From Candidatus Eiseniibacteriota bacterium (lineage in GTDB: Bacteria > Eisenbacteria > RBG-16-71-46 > CAZAMP01), in the NCBI GenBank assembly GCA_965224245.1, contig OZ245046.1:4896001-4960000 (forward strand): DNA of 64,000 nt, in the 5' to 3' direction. Positions within the stretch are counted from its first letter, which is position 1. The number at the start of each line of letters is the position of its first letter. Positions 59,388-64,000 of this stretch are shown in pieces. The position numbers were made by a program, and so were the translations under genes. A model generated the notes under the pieces. That model was not told the origin of the DNA, did no database searches, and saw only the letters and a program-made list of their open reading frames with translations.

Positions 59388-60800
59388 TCATGGGAGCACG
59401 GCTGACGCTCCTCCCGCGTTGTAGAACCGCCCCGAGATATCCTCGGCCACCTCGACCACGGCTCCGGACTCGAGATCGATCGAGAAGACATGGTCATTGC
59501 CGGAGATGGCGTAGAACGCGCGGCCCGTGTATGCGACCCCCGTACACCTTCGGGGAAGATCGGCGACGACGCTCGACGAACCGGTATCGGGATCGACGCG
59601 CAGGAGCGTCGACGCGCCGGCGATGATCGCGGCCACGTAGAGCTGGCCGTCGTGAGGCGAGAAGTCCAGATCGCCGCCGGGCGCGCCGGCGATGAATCCG
59701 ATGAAACGCGTGGCGCCGGACTGGGGGTCGATCTCGAACAGACGCCCCACCGTGCTCGATCCGTCGACCTCGGCCGCGCCGAACAGACGGCGATCGACGC
59801 TGAAGGCGAGGCTGTTCATGACGGCGCTCATCTCGCCGAGGCGGGTCATCACGGCCGTGGTCGGGTCGATCCGGTAGAGCCAACCCTCGTCGTCACACCC
59901 GTAGAGTGCCGCGTCGGGTCCCGGCGACCATGCGATGTCGTACAGCCGCACGCCACGACCGCCGTAGCGCGCTCGCCCCAGCTCCGTGTACACGAATCCG
60001 GCAGCGGCATCGACGTATCCGACGTGGCTCGGTCGCAAGATGCTCGAGACCCAGATGAGGTCGGGTTCGGGCCACGGCAGCACGTTCACCCGGCCGGTGC
60101 CGGAGACGCCGGCACGTACCTCGACGACCTCGAGCTCGGCCGATCCTGGCGCCGACGCTGTGATCCAGCCCTCTGCGTCGATGGTGACGACATCGTCGCC
60201 CGAGACCACGCGCCACTCGAGGGCGGATCCGGGTACCACGAACGCCTGTCCACGCGTGTCGGTCGAGGACACACTGACCGGAAAGCGATAGCCGACGGGG
60301 AGCCCCAGCGGATCGCCCTGCACCGTCAGGCTCGTGAGCGTCGAGACCAGCTCGAGTCGAGCGGTGAACAGCTCGCCCGGCGAGACGTCGAACGCGGTGG
60401 CACCCGACGCGACGGTCCCACCCTCTCCGTTGAGCAGCGTTCTCGCCACCCCCACGAGCTCATAGCGTCCCGCGGGGATGAGATCCCGAAACCGGATCGT
60501 CTCGCTCGCCGCACCGTCGTCCGGCCGGTTGGCAACCAAGGAGTAGCGGACGTCCGGCCGGTCGGATCGGTGCATCTCGAGCGCGATACTCTCGGCATAC
60601 GGCGGGATGTAGGCCATCCGTGCATCGCGAGCTCCGGACCACGTGATCGCGATCTCAACGGCGGAGCCGATCGGGGGCTCGGTGCCGACGACGTCGGGTG
60701 CCCGCTCGCACGCCGCGCTCGCAAGCAGGATCGTTGTCCACAGGGGGATCCGACCCCACCGGACGCACCCGTCGACCTTCGAGACTTTAATCGACTTCAA
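59388..60800 (-). CDS. lipoprotein with Ig-like domain and C-terminal beta-propeller
   Basis: TTG start after GGAGGAGG; lipobox 'SAAC'; Big_2-like 'VVTIDAEGWITASAPGSA'; propeller repeats 'LYRIDPTT', 'LFEIDPQSG', 'GDLDF'. Confidence 0.75.
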   Translation of the reverse strand: MKSIKVSKVDGCVRWGRIPLWTTILLASAACERAPDVVGTEPPIGSAVEIAITWSGARDARMAYIPPYAESIALEMHRSDRPDVRYSLVANRPDDGAASETIRFRDLIPAGRYELVGVARTLLNGEGGTVASGATAFDVSPGELFTARLELVSTLTSLTVQGDPLGLPVGYRFPVSVSSTDTRGQAFVVPGSALEWRVVSGDDVVTIDAEGWITASAPGSAELEVVEVRAGVSGTGRVNVLPWPEPDLIWVSSILRPSHVGYVDAAAGFVYTELGRARYGGRGVRLYDIAWSPGPDAALYGCDDEGWLYRIDPTTAVMTRLGEMSAVMNSLAFSVDRRLFGAAEVDGSSTVGRLFEIDPQSGATRFIGFIAGAPGGDLDFSPHDGQLYVAAIIAGASTLLRVDPDTGSSSVVADLPRRCTGVAYTGRAFYAISGNDHVFSIDLESGAVVEVAEDISGRFYNAGGASAVLP

Positions 60801-62646
60801 CGTTTCCTCCTCCGGAGACCCCGTCGTTCACGACGAGCTCGGGTAGCGAGTCGATGTCGGTGACGTCCATCGGTGCGTGACTCCACGCCGGCACGAAGCC
60901 CGGGGACGAGCACACCAGCTCCACGTCCGATATCGCCGGGAACGAGACCGTGTCGTCCCCCGGCTCGCGTCGGATCAGGAGCGCGAACGCCGTCGCCAGG
61001 AACGAGAGTGACTCGCCGTCGACCGCGGGGTCGACCGTGGACGGATTGCGCCGCCCGTGGTCGTAGAGCAACGCGGCGACGGCATTCTCGAGGTCGTCGA
61101 ACGTCCGGGGCAGAGGAGTGCCATCGCCGAGGCCGAGGAGCATCCTGGCATCCTCCACGCTCTGCTGGTCGAACGCCGGCGAGTCCTCGCTCGTGGGCGA
61201 TCTGGGCGTGATACGTCGCGGGACGACGCCTGCGCGGCGAAGCTGATCACACTCCGCGATGTCGGCGTTCGTGACCGCACCCACCTGCGTCGCGTCCGGC
61301 TGGCGTCCGTCGACCTCCATGCCATCGGCCAGCTCAACCAGCGATCGGTCGGTCTCGTCGGAGAAGACGCCCTCCTCCTCGCAGCGACCGATGGCGTCGC
61401 GGAGCGCGATCAGCTCGTTCACGTAGACGGCGCCGAAGACGGTTGCTCCCACGACCGACGGTGCCATCGCGACGGTACCGACGGCAGCGGCACCGGCGCC
61501 GAACCCGGTCCTGGCGAGGTCGAGGGCGCAGGCGGCACTGGGTGCCCAGCTCTCCACGCCGCGATAGAGGTCGTCGATGCCGCGGTCGATGATGAAGCCC
61601 AGCGTCAGGTCCTCGAGCACTTTGACGTCGAAGAACTTCGGCGCCCAGCGCGGATCGCTCAGGAGGGTGGCCAGCCCGTCCAGCGAGGAGGGAATGTCGC
61701 GCATCCACTCCTCGGGGACGTATCCAAAGACCTCGTCCGCGATGGTGCCCAGAAACGACGCGTCCAGCCGATGCGCGAAGTCGAGGACGTCGTCCCAGAA
61801 CGACGACTCCTCCGGCGGACGGGATCGTGCCGTGGTTGAGAGCACGACTCCGAGCGGAAGCTCGGCCACGATTCGATCGACCCGAGATAGATACGACGCG
61901 ACGTCGTCACCCGTGAGCTCGGAGTTGATCGGGAGGAGCGACGACGGACTTGGAGATCGACCCGTTCCCGCGGCCACACGGCGAACCCACGTGTTGAACA
62001 CGTCCGAGTACACCACGTACGCGGCCACCTTCCCGATCTCGTCCTCCGAGCGCGCGATGGAGGCCGCCATCTCCCGGGCACCCGCGACCTGGTTGTAGCG
62101 GTAGAGGTCTCCCAGGACGCGCATCGCGTGAAACGTGCGCTCGAACATGGCGGCTGTCCACTGGGGGTTGTTCAGCGCGGCGCCGATCTCCTCCTCGTCC
62201 ACCGCGAACTCGCTTCCCACGAACGAGAGGTCGTCCAGTCGGAGCGCGGTATCCAGGAGCCGGCCGTACATCTCGGCGAACCCCTGGAGCGCGACCGTCA
62301 CCGTCTGGCCGAACGTGCGTAGCTCGTCGCCACCGCTCGTTCGGTGCTCGGCGAGCGCTGCGATCTCTGCAACGCCTGCGATCTCGGCGAGCTCGGGGAT
62401 ATGCGGCGAGGAGCCCGTCCACGCCTCGGTCACGAGCTGAACGGCGTTGCTGTACTGATCGATCCGAGCAGTGAGCGCCCGCTCGATGACCGGTCGATCG
62501 CGACCCGGCGTGCCGCTCCCGAGACTCTCGGGCTGGATCGGTGTGTTCTCGTGCGAGCAGCTCGCGAGGAGCAGCAGCGCCGGACCGACGAGGTGCGCAT
62601 GGTGTCGGCTCCCAGCGGCGCTCGCAGTGTGTCTCCGTCTCATCAT
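60787..62646 (-). CDS. helical lipoprotein of unknown function
   Basis: Lipobox 'LASC'; helical composition; internal Gly/Ala-rich hydrophobic segment; coupled to the downstream gene. Confidence 0.6.
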   Translation of the reverse strand: MMRRRHTASAAGSRHHAHLVGPALLLLASCSHENTPIQPESLGSGTPGRDRPVIERALTARIDQYSNAVQLVTEAWTGSSPHIPELAEIAGVAEIAALAEHRTSGGDELRTFGQTVTVALQGFAEMYGRLLDTALRLDDLSFVGSEFAVDEEEIGAALNNPQWTAAMFERTFHAMRVLGDLYRYNQVAGAREMAASIARSEDEIGKVAAYVVYSDVFNTWVRRVAAGTGRSPSPSSLLPINSELTGDDVASYLSRVDRIVAELPLGVVLSTTARSRPPEESSFWDDVLDFAHRLDASFLGTIADEVFGYVPEEWMRDIPSSLDGLATLLSDPRWAPKFFDVKVLEDLTLGFIIDRGIDDLYRGVESWAPSAACALDLARTGFGAGAAAVGTVAMAPSVVGATVFGAVYVNELIALRDAIGRCEEEGVFSDETDRSLVELADGMEVDGRQPDATQVGAVTNADIAECDQLRRAGVVPRRITPRSPTSEDSPAFDQQSVEDARMLLGLGDGTPLPRTFDDLENAVAALLYDHGRRNPSTVDPAVDGESLSFLATAFALLIRREPGDDTVSFPAISDVELVCSSPGFVPAWSHAPMDVTDIDSLPELVVNDGVSGGGNVEVD

Positions 62647-62764
62647 GTCTCCGTTTCCCGACGACCGGGCTTCGACGCCGAACCCCGGACGCGACGACCG
62701 CGTCGCCCGGACCGTGTCCGGCCCGGGCGAGACGACCGCGTGCACGTGCGCGCGGCGGATTCCC

Positions 62765-64000
62765 TCATCGAATGACCAGGCGCGACGTCCGCGAGACCGA
62801 GTCGACGTCGACCCGCACGAAGTAAACGCCGGGACTCGCCAGGACACCGCCGCTGGTGCGTCCGTCCCATCGGATGTCGTGCCATCCAGCGATGAGCACC
62901 CGGTCGGCCACGAGGGCGACGAGTCGGCCCTGCACGTCGTACACGGCGATGCGGACCGTGGCGGTCTCGGCGAGCGCCAGGCGAACCTGCGTTCCCGCGC
63001 GAGACGGATTGGGTCGCGGCGAATCCACGCTGGTGGCGTCGGGAGCCGGCGCGTGCTCGTCGGCGGCAACGATGCCGCCGGTCATGGCCACGCTTCCGCA
63101 GCCGGTCAGGAGCAGGCAATCGAAGGCGCCGCCCTCGGCCGGTGGGGTGAATCGAACGGTCACCGTCAAGAAGTCGTCCGGATCGATGATGTAGTCGCCG
63201 CCGCCCTCGACGATCTCGAACACGCTCGTGTCACAGGCCGCATCCAGCTCCACCCGTCCCGCGATCGGTGCGCCGCCGACGTTGTCGATGAAGATCGACT
63301 GCTCGTCGAACTCGCCCGGAAGGGCATCGAACTCCATCGTCGTGTCCGAGAGAACGCACTGCCCCGGCTGGACGCCCTCGCCGTACAGGAACACATCCTC
63401 GCAGCCGGTCTCGACGAAACAGCTGTAGAAGTCCTCGTCCACGGCGGTGAACCGGAGCGTGACCGTACGTGACTGTCCCGAGCTGAGTGCGTAGGCCCCC
63501 CCGCCCGAGACGATCTCGAAGCCCGCGTCGCACAGGCCGGGGTCGAGCTGGACGACGCCGGAGAGGATCCCTTCTGCGCCGTCGTTGCGGACGACGAACG
63601 ACGACTCGGCGAGCTCGCCGATCACCACCGCGCCGAAGTCGATCTCGTCCGGTGTCGTCGAGCACGCCGGGTTCACGCCTGCGCCGTACACGTAGGGGCC
63701 GAGGCAATCCTCGTTTCCGAGCTCGATGTCGCAGTCGAAGAAGTCGGCGACCGTGGGGGCGAAGCGCACGGTCACGTTCCGGGTCTGACCCCGGGAGAGG
63801 CTGTAGGAGCCCGCCCCGCCCACGATGGTGAACTGACCGGTGTCGCAGCTACCGGTGGAGACGACGCCGGCCAGGACTCCGCCGCCGTCGTTTCGGACCG
63901 AGAACGACCACTCGGCGCTGGTGCCGGTGACGACGTTGCCGAAGTCGTGACTGCTGTCCCCGGTAACCGTGCACACCGGACCGATGCCGTGGCCGTCGAG
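62765..64000 (-). CDS. exported protein with tandem choice-of-anchor D/ASH-like Ig repeats and FlgD-like tail (5' end outside window)
   Basis: Repeats 'DFGxV...FxVRNDG...FxIVxGGGxYxL...VTVRFxP'; tail 'PNPSR...YDVQGRLV...WDGRT...PGVYFVR'; frame open to the window edge. Confidence 0.85.
   Translation of the reverse strand, partial: LDGHGIGPVCTVTGDSSHDFGNVVTGTSAEWSFSVRNDGGGVLAGVVSTGSCDTGQFTIVGGAGSYSLSRGQTRNVTVRFAPTVADFFDCDIELGNEDCLGPYVYGAGVNPACSTTPDEIDFGAVVIGELAESSFVVRNDGAEGILSGVVQLDPGLCDAGFEIVSGGGAYALSSGQSRTVTLRFTAVDEDFYSCFVETGCEDVFLYGEGVQPGQCVLSDTTMEFDALPGEFDEQSIFIDNVGGAPIAGRVELDAACDTSVFEIVEGGGDYIIDPDDFLTVTVRFTPPAEGGAFDCLLLTGCGSVAMTGGIVAADEHAPAPDATSVDSPRPNPSRAGTQVRLALAETATVRIAVYDVQGRLVALVADRVLIAGWHDIRWDGRTSGGVLASPGVYFVRVDVDSVSRTSRLVIR

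Noticed and set aside
1-64000. tRNA, rRNA, IS transposase or integrase genes
   Set aside because: None recognised by eye; tRNAscan-SE, Infernal and ISEScan would be needed to exclude them

Overview
Gene-dense, very GC-rich bacterial DNA, rich in exported proteins. Many end in a FlgD-Ig/T9SS-like tail or a 'TWGxxKxxYR' tail, which suggests an FCB-related lineage such as Ca. Eisenbacteria, Krumholzibacteriota or Latescibacterota (inference only). Main blocks: (1) 0.2-6.8 kb, an ECF sigma / membrane anti-sigma-like / exported TPR-CHAT protease / second ECF sigma module. (2) 9.5-21.6 kb, a divergent type VI secretion-like operon. Its TssK, TssB, TssC, Hcp, VgrG, TssF, TssG and PAAR candidates look Bacteroidota-type (T6SSiii), but the membrane genes look like TssL/TssM/TssJ analogues in the Proteobacterial order, and no TssE, TssA or ClpV is visible. 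(3) sodA and rsuA, then an exported LVIVD-Ig-thioredoxin protein with an in-frame UGA in a UxxC motif and a SECIS-like hairpin (likely selenoprotein). (4) A 12x Ig-repeat lectin lipoprotein, an HNH gene flanked by tandem repeats, and exported MsrB-MsrA. (5) nrdJ with a 301-aa intein at the catalytic Cys. (6) Duplicated secreted paralogs, a Cys-rich peptide paired with a beta-propeller, a small exported peptide paired with a TPR-sigma54 activator, and a DUF4157-like metallopeptidase. All family calls come from motif recognition by eye; no database searches were run.
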